From Candidatus Doudnabacteria bacterium (GTDB taxonomy: Bacteria; Patescibacteriota; Doudnabacteria; UBA920; O2-02-FULL-48-8): DNA of 45,788 bases. Where the stretch lies: NCBI GenBank assembly GCA_016186915.1, contig JACPKU010000007.1:1-45788 (forward strand), read 5' to 3'. The notes beneath the pieces were generated by a model, which worked only from the letters and a program-made list of their open reading frames with translations, made no database searches and was not told the origin of the DNA. Position 1 is the first letter of the stretch, and each line of letters starts with the position of its first letter. Position numbers and translations under genes: made by a program. Positions 26,591 through 35,973 of the stretch are shown here, piece after piece.

Positions 26591-27508
26591 CTATTTCTGG
26601 CAGACCGGACAAAAACTGCCAGTCCGTCCACTAAATTTCATGCTCTTTATTATACTACCACAAACTTTGCATTTCAGTCCTGCGCGCCCATAAACCTTAT
26701 GTAATCGGCCGTATTTACCCCAAGCACCTGAGGGTCTCACAAAATCACCAACCGAGGAGCCGTTATGCCTTACTGCGTCTTTCAAAACCTCTTTTATAGC
26801 CTTAAATAATCTTTGTTCCTCTGACTTAGTCAGGGTTTTTACAATACGACCGGGTCTGATCTTGGCAAAGAACAAAATTTCGTCTGAATAGATATTACCA
26901 ATTCCGGCGATGATTTTTGGATCCATTAAAAACAGCTTTACTTTCATTTTCGGTCGCTTACTTAGGATGTTTATAAATTTCGCGATCGCGAAATTTATTT
27001 TCAGGGGTTCTGGACCAAATTCATTTAATTCTTTAACTTGGTCTATTTCACTGTCTTTCACTAACTTCAAATATCCAAATTGGCGCAGGTCGTTAAAAAA
27101 CAGTTTGGAGCCATCGGTAAAAGTAAAAATTACATGGGTCCATTTGGAAGGTAGGGTTATCGGCTGGAAAGTCTCAATATTTAAAAGTTTGATTTTCTTG
27201 TTTAGCTGCTTCTTTTCGAGAAAAATCAATTGGCCTGTCATTTTCAAATGCACCAAAATAGCGAACTTGCCCGCGATGTCGATAATGATGAGCTTGGCGC
27301 GCCTTTGAACCCCGGTAATTTTTTTGCCCTTCAAAATTTGGGCGAATTTTTTCGCGGCCACGCTATTCGACTTTCGAACATTCGACAAAGTCAAAGGCCC
27401 GACCGCAATAAGTTTCGGCGATCGGACTTCTACTTGTCTGATAACTTTATTCTTCAACAGTGGTCGCAGCTCCGAAACCACAGTCTCGACTTCCGGCAAT
27501 TCTGGCAC
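26591..27508 (-). CDS. mutM: Formamidopyrimidine-DNA glycosylase
   Basis: PELPEVET, HLKMTG, DLRQFG, AGIGNIYSDE, C-terminal zinc finger. Confidence 0.97.
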   Translation of the reverse strand: MPELPEVETVVSELRPLLKNKVIRQVEVRSPKLIAVGPLTLSNVRKSNSVAAKKFAQILKGKKITGVQRRAKLIIIDIAGKFAILVHLKMTGQLIFLEKKQLNKKIKLLNIETFQPITLPSKWTHVIFTFTDGSKLFFNDLRQFGYLKLVKDSEIDQVKELNEFGPEPLKINFAIAKFINILSKRPKMKVKLFLMDPKIIAGIGNIYSDEILFFAKIRPGRIVKTLTKSEEQRLFKAIKEVLKDAVRHNGSSVGDFVRPSGAWGKYGRLHKVYGRAGLKCKVCGSIIKSMKFSGRTGSFCPVCQK

Positions 27509-27640
27509 AAATTTGGTCTTCGACTTCGCTCAGACAACAAATTTATGCCCTGAGCCTGTCGAAGGGCTATTAATCATTGAGGATATTATACCCCCGACAC
27601 TCGAATTAATCGAGGTCGGAACAAAAAAGGCCGCTGCAGC

Positions 27641-27829
27641 TTAACGCTGAACGGCATACAACAATCGTCGGACTTCGGCGGTGACCTCGGCCGGATCCAG
27701 CCGTTCGCACTCGTGGTGATTGATATCGGAGATGATCCGACTAACCACTGGCAAGGTGCCGCGGCTGTTAAACATCCGAATCCAAACCGCTGCCTGATCG
27801 GCCGAGCTGATCACCACCTTCAATGCCAC
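27641..27829 (-). CDS. Orphan 62-aa protein in a GC-richer islet
   Basis: GGAAGGGAG SD before GTG; hairpin/T-run downstream. Confidence 0.55.
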   Translation of the reverse strand: MALKVVISSADQAAVWIRMFNSRGTLPVVSRIISDINHHECERLDPAEVTAEVRRLLYAVQR

Positions 27830-27859
27830 AAAATCTCCCTTCCTATGGCGTATATTCCC

Positions 27860-28105
27860 TCATCCGGCGCAGATCTGCTCGACTTCCACGCGCAGGGAAG
27901 CCCGCAGATAATCCGGCTCGATCGGCCACAGCTCGATCGTGGCTGAATCGAAAGTCACGTGAAGACCCAAATCAGCGGCGATGTGCCTCACCTCTACCTT
28001 CAGATTGTCCCTCACTGAAGGATTCGGCGGGCAAATAAAATGCCTGACAAAGGACACTCCGTCAAACCCGGGTCGCTCGAACCTGGCCGTAAAACCATTA
28101 TTCAT
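27860..28105 (-). CDS. Orphan 81-aa protein in a GC-richer islet
   Basis: AAGGAGG SD; own promoter TTGACA-17-TAGAAT at 28135-28163. Confidence 0.65.
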   Translation of the reverse strand: MNNGFTARFERPGFDGVSFVRHFICPPNPSVRDNLKVEVRHIAADLGLHVTFDSATIELWPIEPDYLRASLRVEVEQICAG

Positions 28106-28178
28106 GGGATCCTCCTTCCTTTCCGAATCTTAGCATTCTATCAATCCCGCTGAACTCTGTCAAAACAAAAAAGCCCTC

Positions 28179-28649
28179 CTAACTTTTATTCTTTTTGTCT
28201 GATTCGTTTATGAGATCGTAGATTTTTTGTTTCAAGAGATTCGGCTGGTCAATGTGCGGCAGCTTAATCTCATGGACTTCCAGCCCGGCGGTGTTGACGT
28301 AAATGCTGCCGCTTTTGAACAACAGCCACTCAAAAAACGGCTGAATGATGGTCACATCCGTAATCCGGTCGTAATCAATACTGATGGTATTGGTTGACAA
28401 CCAGCCGCGATGAATGATGATTCTCCGATCAGTCAGACAATAAATATTGGAAACTTTCAAATAAAAACTCAAAATAAACCAAGCAGCGACAAAAGTAATA
28501 ATGCCCAAACCAAACGCAAACAACAGTGGAATACTGACCAGGGCCGCAATCAGCAGATTGACATTGCGAAACCGATCACTGATCGAAAACTCAAAAACCA
28601 CTTGCTCATCCCGACCCAAATGCTGTTGCCAAAGACGTTGATGTGTCAT
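28179..28649 (-). CDS. Membrane protein with bacterial PH domain (bPH_2/YdbS-like)
   Basis: Two TM then Y.LTDRRIIIHRGWLS....IDYDRITDV...Q...E.L...G.I.V.TAG. Confidence 0.85.
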   Translation of the reverse strand: MTHQRLWQQHLGRDEQVVFEFSISDRFRNVNLLIAALVSIPLLFAFGLGIITFVAAWFILSFYLKVSNIYCLTDRRIIIHRGWLSTNTISIDYDRITDVTIIQPFFEWLLFKSGSIYVNTAGLEVHEIKLPHIDQPNLLKQKIYDLINESDKKNKS

Positions 28650-29233
28650 AGTCCTTCTTCAATGCGCGTGTAGATATGGATCTTCCCTTTCATCCCCCAG
28701 TGTTCAATCTCGTGTGCCGCTTCTTCTGCGGTTTCGGATGCGTGGATTAAATTATGGATCGCGCGCTTGTCTTTGTTCGCAGAGGCCGCAGAATCCACAG
28801 AATAATCACCACGAATGGTCCCCATTTCCGCCAAGGCTGGCTGGGTATTGCCGGCGAGCTTGCGGATCATATCCACCGCATGCACCCCTTGCACCACAAT
28901 CTTCACCACCGGTCCCGACGTCATATAATCAATAAGCCAACCCCTCACTTGCGGCCCAATCTTTTCTGCCTTATCAGTTCCCATCTCTTCCTTGGCATCG
29001 AAGCCATATTTTTCATAAGTGGAAAGTGTCTTTTCCCCCAAACGCGTAATCCAGGCCTCGTCTTTCGGATAATGACGGTCAATCTCTTCTTTGCTCGACT
29101 GGTGCATTTCTAATGCCACAATTTTCAATCCCGCCCGCTCAATCCGTCTGATTACTTCTCCAGCCAGCCCCCGTCTCACACCGTCCGGCTTAATCAAAAC
29201 GAAAGTAGTTTCTTCTTTTGGATGAGGTTTCAT
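28646..29233 (-). CDS. ndk: Nucleoside diphosphate kinase
   Basis: TFVLIKPDGV.RGL.GE, YMTSGPVV, GTIRGD, NLIHAS. Confidence 0.96.
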   Translation of the reverse strand: MKPHPKEETTFVLIKPDGVRRGLAGEVIRRIERAGLKIVALEMHQSSKEEIDRHYPKDEAWITRLGEKTLSTYEKYGFDAKEEMGTDKAEKIGPQVRGWLIDYMTSGPVVKIVVQGVHAVDMIRKLAGNTQPALAEMGTIRGDYSVDSAASANKDKRAIHNLIHASETAEEAAHEIEHWGMKGKIHIYTRIEEGL

Positions 29234-29235
29234 AA

Positions 29236-29871
29236 TTAATCTTTAATAATAGTTATTTTATTAATTACCACATCGGTCAATGGGACAGACACCTCGCCGC
29301 TAAATGGATTGGGTTCCACTGGCGTTTTGCCGATTTGTTCCACCACTGCCATGCCGCTCGTGACATACCCGAACACCGTGTACTGTCCGTCCAAAAACGG
29401 CTGCGCTCCAAGGGTGATATAAAACTGGCTGCCTGATGATTCTCTGTTGGGATTGATCTGGTCTCCCAGTCTGGCCATGGCAATCGCGCCGTTGGTGTGC
29501 TTTAAGCCGATTTCTGCCGGAATGGTATACCCCGGTCCCCCTGTGCCGTCACCGTTTGGATCCCCGCCCTGAATCATAAACCCGGCCACGATGCGGTGAA
29601 ATTTCAAACCTTCATAAAACCCCTCGCGGGCGAGCTCCAAAAAATTGCTCACGGTGCGAGGTGCGGCCTGACCATCTAAGGTAACTTCAAAGCTGCCTTC
29701 GCTAGTCTCAATCTTAACCACTGCCTCGGCCGGGACTGAAGACTCAGAGGCTTCTGGCTGTTGCGGAGAATTGTTATCATCCTCATCCACCGGCTTTTGT
29801 GAATTATTCAATAGCACATACCCTCCAATCGCGATAATAAAAACAAGGAGAATAATAATGGCTTTATTCAT
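29236..29871 (-). CDS. Membrane-anchored cyclophilin-type peptidyl-prolyl isomerase
   Basis: FHRIVAGFMIQGGDP.G.GTGGPGY, SSGSQFYI, LDGQYTVFGYV. Confidence 0.96.
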   Translation of the reverse strand: MNKAIIILLVFIIAIGGYVLLNNSQKPVDEDDNNSPQQPEASESSVPAEAVVKIETSEGSFEVTLDGQAAPRTVSNFLELAREGFYEGLKFHRIVAGFMIQGGDPNGDGTGGPGYTIPAEIGLKHTNGAIAMARLGDQINPNRESSGSQFYITLGAQPFLDGQYTVFGYVTSGMAVVEQIGKTPVEPNPFSGEVSVPLTDVVINKITIIKD

Positions 29872-29913
29872 AGATTTGTTGGTTACTTTACTCTCTTTAG
29901 CTTAGCCAAAATC

Positions 29914-30798
29914 TTACTGTTTGTAAAGATTGGCGCCATCTGAGACAAACCTAATGGTTTGACCCTGATCAGTGCGAAAAACCTGCGATCCAACCTGTTC
30001 CAGCTTGTCCAAAACTTCCTGCGTGGGGTGGCCGTAATTATTTTCCCCGACTTCAATCACGGCAAACTCCGGCGTCACTTCTTCCAAAAACGGTACAGAG
30101 GTGGAATGCCGCGACCCATGGTGCCCGACCTTCAACAAATCAGCATCCAAATTAAACTGCGGCAACAAAATGCTTTCAATATTTATCCCCGCGTCGCCGG
30201 TAAATAATATGCTCGTTTTGCCGAAGCTAAGTTTCCCCACGATTGATGTGTCATTCAAATCTTGACTTGCCTGACTCACAAACCCTTCGGTAAAACTTCC
30301 TCCCGCTGCCTGGCCGTAAGGATAATAAACATCAAACACTGTGGCCTTGTCCAAATAAATCCGCTGTCCCTGTTTGGCATAAACTAATTCAACGCCCTTG
30401 TCGTTTGCCTCGGCCAAAAACTCATCATAGGTTTGGGAATGAAAATCAACTTCGGGCAGAATAATCTTTGTAACCTTATAGCGCCTAAGGATATCTACAA
30501 ACCCTGCCACGTGGTCAGCATGCGGGTGGGTCAAAACCAGAAGGTCAATTGTCCGGTCATAAAACGGCATGTCCTCTCCCAAATATTGCAGAACCTGGTC
30601 TGTCGGTCCACCATCGATCAAAATCTGGTTGCCTTGAAAGGTCTGAATAAATATTGAGTCCCCTTGCCCAACGTCATAAAAATTTACATGCAATAAAAAG
30701 TCGGGTTGGCGCTGCCAGCCAGCAGCCCACACTGCTATGGTAGCAAACAGTAAAGGGACTAAGAAAAATTTAATAAGGTTTTTAGTTTGAGCGTCCAT
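29914..30798 (-). CDS. ComEC-associated metallo-beta-lactamase-fold nuclease
   Basis: DVGQGDS, LIDGG, THPHADHVAG, LFTGD, KVGHHGS, N.YGHP, RTD. Confidence 0.93.
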   Translation of the reverse strand: MDAQTKNLIKFFLVPLLFATIAVWAAGWQRQPDFLLHVNFYDVGQGDSIFIQTFQGNQILIDGGPTDQVLQYLGEDMPFYDRTIDLLVLTHPHADHVAGFVDILRRYKVTKIILPEVDFHSQTYDEFLAEANDKGVELVYAKQGQRIYLDKATVFDVYYPYGQAAGGSFTEGFVSQASQDLNDTSIVGKLSFGKTSILFTGDAGINIESILLPQFNLDADLLKVGHHGSRHSTSVPFLEEVTPEFAVIEVGENNYGHPTQEVLDKLEQVGSQVFRTDQGQTIRFVSDGANLYKQ

Positions 30799-32267
30799 GC
30801 CAAGCGATGCTTATTGATATAATAAATCAAAACCAAATAATACAAGAGCAGCAGCCAGATGCCGAAGTTAGAGAAGTTGATTGAGGCCAAGGGAACCCGA
30901 GCGGTTAATTTAACCACTTGCATGACGTATTCAAGCATGGCCCAAGTGATCCAGGCCAAAGGCAACGCCAGTCCGGTCCAAATCAGACCCAACATCCCGG
31001 CCAAAAACCCAAACAGCATGGCAAAAGGTATCAAGGGCAGAATAAGCACGTTGGTAATGGGGGCAATCAGCGATAATCGGTCAAAGTTCAAAAGCAAGAC
31101 TGGCAGCACGAAAATTTGGGCAGACAACGTTGCAACCACAATCTCCCGCAAATAGCGCCAAAGCCAAACAAAGTATGGTTCCATTCTGGGAGCCAAATAC
31201 ACCAACCCCATGAGGGCCAAGAACGAAAGCTGAAACCCGATATCAAAATGCAAAATTTGCGGATTGATCGCAAGCATTACAGCACCTGTGAGCACCAAAG
31301 CATTGGTGATATTATCGAGCCTGCCGGTATTCAGCGCCAACATCCCTAAAATACCCATCACCGCTGCTCGCACCACTGAAGCCTGCGCCCCAGTCATGAT
31401 GACGAACAACACAATTGCCACCAAGGACAAAATAAACGACACGCGGCGCCGAAACCAATTAAGGAGGAGCCGGTCAAAAGCCTGCGCAATGATGGTGATG
31501 TTAAAACCGGACAAAGCGATAATGTGGGTTACGCCTGTGGTGTTAAAATCGGCAAGCAGTTGTTCAGGAATGCCGCGTCTTAACCCTACCAGTAATCCTG
31601 CCAGGAACGAGTGGTGAGGTTCTGGTAAAATTTCTGAAATTTTCCCGATAAACGCTTGTTTAAACTGAAAAAGCGAGGCTTTCACAAAATTGCCCTGTCT
31701 GGAAGCCAAAAGTTCTATGTCCGGATAATAGACTACCGCTTCAATGCCTGATTTGGATAAATAATTTTTGTAGGAAAACTCTCCCTGGGCTTCCGCATCC
31801 CGCGGGGCTGTGATTTTTTTTCTAAATTGAATTTGGTCGCCGTAGTGGTATTCCGGAAACAAGCTCGTGGTCAGAAGGAGCTTACTGTCAATCTCCCGGT
31901 TATTAACCTTTAATCGCCCGACCGTCAAATAAGTTTTATCTGACCTGACATCCGGCTCATCTACAATCAGTCCAACTACCTCCACTGTTTGATCCAAGTA
32001 GCCACTTAAGTGCTCGGCCTGCAAGCTAAAACTAATCCTGGCCATGCCCAAAACCAAAATCAATCCAGCAAAGCCAATCACCTTGGCCGCCCGACTGCTC
32101 CAACCCAAACTCACGACCATTGCAAAAATCATGGCGCTTAAAGCCATGATTTCGTAAGACGCGTATTTCCCGAGCCAGACCCCAACAATAAATGCGAGAC
32201 AAAAAATGAGGAAGATCTTGGACTTGGAAACCCCTCTCCTTGGAACAAGGGAAGCCTCTTTACCCAT
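30759..32267 (-). CDS. comEC: Competence DNA-uptake channel ComEC (DUF4131 plus competence domain)
   Basis: TGVTHIIALSGFNI, TGAQASVVRAAVM, DIGFQLSFLA; start reassigned to the ATG at 32267 because the annotated start overlaps the GIY-YIG gene. Confidence 0.92.
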   Translation of the reverse strand: MGKEASLVPRRGVSKSKIFLIFCLAFIVGVWLGKYASYEIMALSAMIFAMVVSLGWSSRAAKVIGFAGLILVLGMARISFSLQAEHLSGYLDQTVEVVGLIVDEPDVRSDKTYLTVGRLKVNNREIDSKLLLTTSLFPEYHYGDQIQFRKKITAPRDAEAQGEFSYKNYLSKSGIEAVVYYPDIELLASRQGNFVKASLFQFKQAFIGKISEILPEPHHSFLAGLLVGLRRGIPEQLLADFNTTGVTHIIALSGFNITIIAQAFDRLLLNWFRRRVSFILSLVAIVLFVIMTGAQASVVRAAVMGILGMLALNTGRLDNITNALVLTGAVMLAINPQILHFDIGFQLSFLALMGLVYLAPRMEPYFVWLWRYLREIVVATLSAQIFVLPVLLLNFDRLSLIAPITNVLILPLIPFAMLFGFLAGMLGLIWTGLALPLAWITWAMLEYVMQVVKLTARVPLASINFSNFGIWLLLLYYLVLIYYINKHRLAWTLKLKTLLNFS

Positions 32268-32328
32268 CCCCGCTGAGGTTTTCGTGAGTTGAGCGGGGAT
32301 CTTGCCCCCGATCTTAGTCGAAGGCACG

Positions 32329-32616
32329 CTATTGATTAATCTCATCATAGAGATCTTTCCAAGTGGGATTATGCTTCTCAATCAGTCCGATTTTCCAAGC
32401 GCGGTTCCACTTCTTAAGTTGTTTCTCTCTTTTCAAAGCAGCGTCTCTGTCTTCAAAGATTTCAAAATAGACCAATCTATGTACGTGATATTTCTTGGTA
32501 AATCCCTCGATTAATTCATTCCGATGCGTATAAGTCCTGCCTACCAGTTCATCAGAAAAACCTATGTATAAAACTCCTCTGGGTCTGCTGGCTAAAATAT
32601 ACACGAAGTAATTCAT
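32329..32616 (-). CDS. GIY-YIG nuclease (short UPF0213-like)
   Basis: YFVYILAS..GVLYIG...L..R...H....GFTKKY..LVYFE..A.KREKQLKKW.R.WK..LIE..NP.WKDL. Confidence 0.93.
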   Translation of the reverse strand: MNYFVYILASRPRGVLYIGFSDELVGRTYTHRNELIEGFTKKYHVHRLVYFEIFEDRDAALKREKQLKKWNRAWKIGLIEKHNPTWKDLYDEINQ

Positions 32617-32688
32617 AATAAGATCCCCGACTACTTGACTAATCCTTGACTCGGGGATGGTTTCGGGGAGAAATGGCTACGAATCGCA

Positions 32689-33927
32689 TTACCAAAGCAT
32701 TGACTTCACTTCGGTCACTAAATTTGCCAACTCCACAGTGGTTTGTCTTTTTTCTTGTAAATTCTTGACATTAACTTTTTGTTGCTTGGCTTCTTCGCTG
32801 CCAAAGATAATGGCCAGCTTCATATTTTTGGCAATCGCGTATTTAAATTGCTTGTCCATTTTTACAGGCTCGTAATAAAACTCGCAATCAATGCCGGCTG
32901 CGCGCAAATTAGTCACCATATTGAGGTATTCAGCAGTCAAACTCTCATCCAAATTCATCACTAAGACTTCCGCTGTAGTTTGCGGTGCAATGAGTTTGGA
33001 TTCGGACAAAGCCGCAAACAATCGATCCAAACCGATGGAACCGCCAACGGCCGGAGTTTCTATGCCTGTAACATTTCCAATCAAATTATCATACCGACCG
33101 CCGCCTCCCACACTGCCAAATTCAGGCTTTTCTATAAGCTCGAACTCAAAAATAATCCCAGTATAGTAATCCTGCCCGCGCATCAAGTATTTGTCGAACT
33201 TCATGTTTTCAACGCCCATGCCGGATAACAGATTCTCCATCTCCTCGACATAATCCTTACTTATGTCTTCTATGGTACTGGAATATTTTGTTAAAATATT
33301 TTTTTCAAAACCTTTTTCAACAAGCATCTCAACGACTTTTTTTTCCCCGATTTTAGCGATCTTGTCAATGATACGGAAAAACGCAGGAACCATGTTTTTC
33401 GGAACTTTCAGTTTAGTGAGTGCCTGATCCACCAGTTCGCGGTTGTTGAATTTAACCAAAAAATTTCCGACCTCAAGGCTGTTGTATGCTGCTATAAGGG
33501 CGGCGATTACTTCGGCATCAGCAAGTTTAGAAGTAGTGCCCACAATATCGATATCGCATTGCATCAATTCACGATACCTTCCTTTTTGCGGCTTGTCCGC
33601 ACGCCAGACATTTCCGATCTGATACCGCTTAAACGGTTTAGGTAAATCCCTGTAGTCGGACACGACTCTGGCTAGCGGTACTGTCAAATCGTAGCGAAGG
33701 GAAACCTCTCGACCGCCCAAATCTTCAAACCTGTAAATCAACTTCTCGTCCTCCCCTATTTTCCCCTTGAACAATTCGTATGGCTCCAAAGCCGGCGTGT
33801 CAATCGGAGCAAAGCCGAAGCGTTCGAACACTTCGGAAATTTTGGTAATAATCTTCTTGCGCGCGATCTGCTCGCTGGGCAGATAATCGCGAAAGCCTTT
33901 TAAAACTTGGGGAATTTGTTTGGTCAT
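32689..33927 (-). CDS. hisS: Histidyl-tRNA synthetase
   Basis: KGFRDYLP, LRYDLTVPLAR, RADKPQKGRYRE..QCD.D, RGQDYYTG, GGGRYD.L. Confidence 0.98.
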   Translation of the reverse strand: MTKQIPQVLKGFRDYLPSEQIARKKIITKISEVFERFGFAPIDTPALEPYELFKGKIGEDEKLIYRFEDLGGREVSLRYDLTVPLARVVSDYRDLPKPFKRYQIGNVWRADKPQKGRYRELMQCDIDIVGTTSKLADAEVIAALIAAYNSLEVGNFLVKFNNRELVDQALTKLKVPKNMVPAFFRIIDKIAKIGEKKVVEMLVEKGFEKNILTKYSSTIEDISKDYVEEMENLLSGMGVENMKFDKYLMRGQDYYTGIIFEFELIEKPEFGSVGGGGRYDNLIGNVTGIETPAVGGSIGLDRLFAALSESKLIAPQTTAEVLVMNLDESLTAEYLNMVTNLRAAGIDCEFYYEPVKMDKQFKYAIAKNMKLAIIFGSEEAKQQKVNVKNLQEKRQTTVELANLVTEVKSMLW

Positions 33928-34013
33928 AAATCAATTTTACCACAAAAAAAAGCAAAAAAAAATGGGGAGTGATCACGTGGTAATCACTCCCGCCTCGCGC
34001 GCGTCGACTCACC

Positions 34014-34331
34014 TCACGCTACCAGGTAGGCAGGTAGCAGTTGGCCTGTCTCGTCGAACACCTGCTTTCCTTGTCGCCTGTCAGCGTTGATGAGGGCTGC
34101 GCCTCGCCGCACAGCTTCTGGTGGATCAGGCCGACGGTTCATGACGTCGCACGCCATCCCCTTCAGCCGCGTTCCCATACTCACCGGCACGTTGCAGTTC
34201 AGAATGAGAGAGCTGATGGCATCAACGGTCTCCTGGGCTGCAACGACCACAGGCCCTCGACGTTGCCCATCCACTTGCCAACAATGAAACGGGCCTCCGC
34301 AGTTCACGATCCCAACAATCGGCTCGTCCAT
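34014..34331 (-). CDS. Orphan 105-aa protein in a GC-richer islet
   Basis: GGGGGTG SD, candidate promoter TTGCCA-17-TAGTTT (34363-34391), terminator GGGAGTGAT/ATCACTCCC plus T-run at about 33953-33991. Confidence 0.65.
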   Translation of the reverse strand: MDEPIVGIVNCGGPFHCWQVDGQRRGPVVVAAQETVDAISSLILNCNVPVSMGTRLKGMACDVMNRRPDPPEAVRRGAALINADRRQGKQVFDETGQLLPAYLVA

Positions 34332-34400
34332 GAATCACCCCCCTGTTGGTTTATCAATATTAAAACTACTCCTTGTTTGCGGTTTTGGCAAATCAAGGAG

Positions 34401-34625
34401 TCAGTCAATCTCAATCAATTTATGCGTGCTTTTGTTGCCAGACTTGATATGGATGCTGCTTGGAGCCACATTGAAATGCTCAGCCAAAATTTCGATCACG
34501 GCTTCGTTGGCCCCGCCCTTTTGCGGGATCGCAGTGGTCCAGATTTTGTATTCGTCCAAATCCAGTTCCTCCAACCTGTCTTCATGCGCGTGGGTTTGGA
34601 CGTGCACTCGAATAATGCGTGACAT
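34401..34625 (-). CDS. DUF167 (YggU/UPF0235) protein
   Basis: A.PQKGGANEAVIEILAEHFNV..S.I.IKSG.KS.HK. Confidence 0.88.
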   Translation of the reverse strand: MSRIIRVHVQTHAHEDRLEELDLDEYKIWTTAIPQKGGANEAVIEILAEHFNVAPSSIHIKSGNKSTHKLIEID

Positions 34626-34682
34626 ACATTTCAGAACTCCTCTCTCCCTCAAGGGAGAGAGGCTGGGAGAGAGGGTGCAAGA

Positions 34683-35027
34683 TCACTTAATTGCTCGGAA
34701 AATTTTATCTAAAACGTCTGGTAATTTCTTTTCAATTTCACTATTCCAAAATTTGAGGACTTTATAACCTGCTTTTGTAGCATAATCTATTTTCTTTTTA
34801 TCTTCGACTTTGCCAGTGCCTTTATGACCAAAACCATCCAATTCGATCAACAATTTCTTTCGTTTAGCTCCAAAATCAAAAATATACTGCCCGAGCACAA
34901 TTTGTCTTTTAAATTTAATCCCAGAGTTATTCGCCCTTAGATGTTCCCACAAGAGCGATTCCCAAATGGTTTGCCTCGTTCTTAAGTCCTTGCTATGGGC
35001 AATCATAACACGGGACAACTTAACCAT
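34683..35027 (-). CDS. DUF559 / very-short-patch-type endonuclease
   Basis: LR..QT.WE.LLW..LR..G.KFKRQ..LG.YI.DF......IELDG..H...GY.VL.FWN; flanked by CTCTCC..GGAGAG repeats. Confidence 0.9.
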   Translation of the reverse strand: MVKLSRVMIAHSKDLRTRQTIWESLLWEHLRANNSGIKFKRQIVLGQYIFDFGAKRKKLLIELDGFGHKGTGKVEDKKKIDYATKAGYKVLKFWNSEIEKKLPDVLDKIFRAIK

Positions 35028-35030
35028 AAT

Positions 35031-35546
35031 CTACCTCTCCCTTGTTCCCTCTCCTTTAAAGGAGAGGGAAGATCTATATTGTTGTACCAATTCGTATGCT
35101 CCAAAAAATATACTGACGTAAAACAAATCTCCCAAAACTGTATTTTTGAAAAACGGCAGAGCGTTGATATAAGATGAAAGAATCCCGGTTAGATCGTGTG
35201 GATACATCGTGGGTGAATAGAAGAAAGCAAAATTAGTAATCAGATAAAATAAAACTGATCCGAATAAGGCGCCGCCAAAAATTGTGCCAATATTTTTGTG
35301 TTTCTTAATGGCAAGCCCAATCAGCCCGATCAGAAGGAAAGAGCCGTAAACCATTATCCGGCTTTGGAGTGAATCAAAGCCAATGAAAAAATCTGAAATA
35401 AACATAGCAAGAAGCGGCAGAATTAAGGCTTGTTTTTTATTTAGATAAGTGCCGCCGAAAAGGGCAATGGCTGCGATAGGCGCAAAATTTGCTGGGTGCG
35501 GAATCACCCGCAACAGCGCGCCGATTAGAATAATTATGTAAGTCAT
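35031..35546 (-). CDS. DUF6580-like membrane transporter component (ECF S-component-like), probably for cobalamin
   Basis: LRVIPHPANFAPIAAIALFGG, FYLITNF, Y..ALPFF.NT.LGDL; B12 gene context. Confidence 0.8.
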   Translation of the reverse strand: MTYIIILIGALLRVIPHPANFAPIAAIALFGGTYLNKKQALILPLLAMFISDFFIGFDSLQSRIMVYGSFLLIGLIGLAIKKHKNIGTIFGGALFGSVLFYLITNFAFFYSPTMYPHDLTGILSSYINALPFFKNTVLGDLFYVSIFFGAYELVQQYRSSLSFKGEGTRER

Positions 35547-35552
35547 CGAATT

Positions 35553-35963
35553 TTAGTAATCTCCAATTTTTTCCAACTTCCACTCAATTCTCTCTCCGTT
35601 TTTTGTTTGGTATTGACCGGCCCCGACTTGTGCTTTCTGGCCGTTGGCATAAAACGCCCAAAAATGTGTGTTGGCTGGCTCAATCCCGTCAATCGAAAGG
35701 ACAAACTCTCCAAGCCCGCCAAAATCTTGCGTTTCAACGCTGTGAGCTTCTTTCAGCAACTCTAACGCCGTATGGCCTTCTACGCCTTGATAGGAAATTG
35801 TGCTTGCTGGAGCTTGTTGAACAGCCGGGGCTTCCTGAATTTCTGTTCGGTCAATCGTAAGATCCGCTTGCGGCCGGGACGGTGCGCGAGTGAGAGCAAA
35901 AGCCACGCCAATTACCGCAATGATCACAATGATTACAAACAGTTCTATTCTTTTGGCATTCAT
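35553..35963 (-). CDS. Membrane-anchored DUF4430 (transcobalamin C-terminal-like) protein
   Basis: TALELL......G.GEFV.SIDG......FWAFYANG..A.VGA..Y....G..IEW. Confidence 0.88.
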   Translation of the reverse strand: MNAKRIELFVIIVIIAVIGVAFALTRAPSRPQADLTIDRTEIQEAPAVQQAPASTISYQGVEGHTALELLKEAHSVETQDFGGLGEFVLSIDGIEPANTHFWAFYANGQKAQVGAGQYQTKNGERIEWKLEKIGDY

Positions 35964-35973
35964 AAGTTATTCA

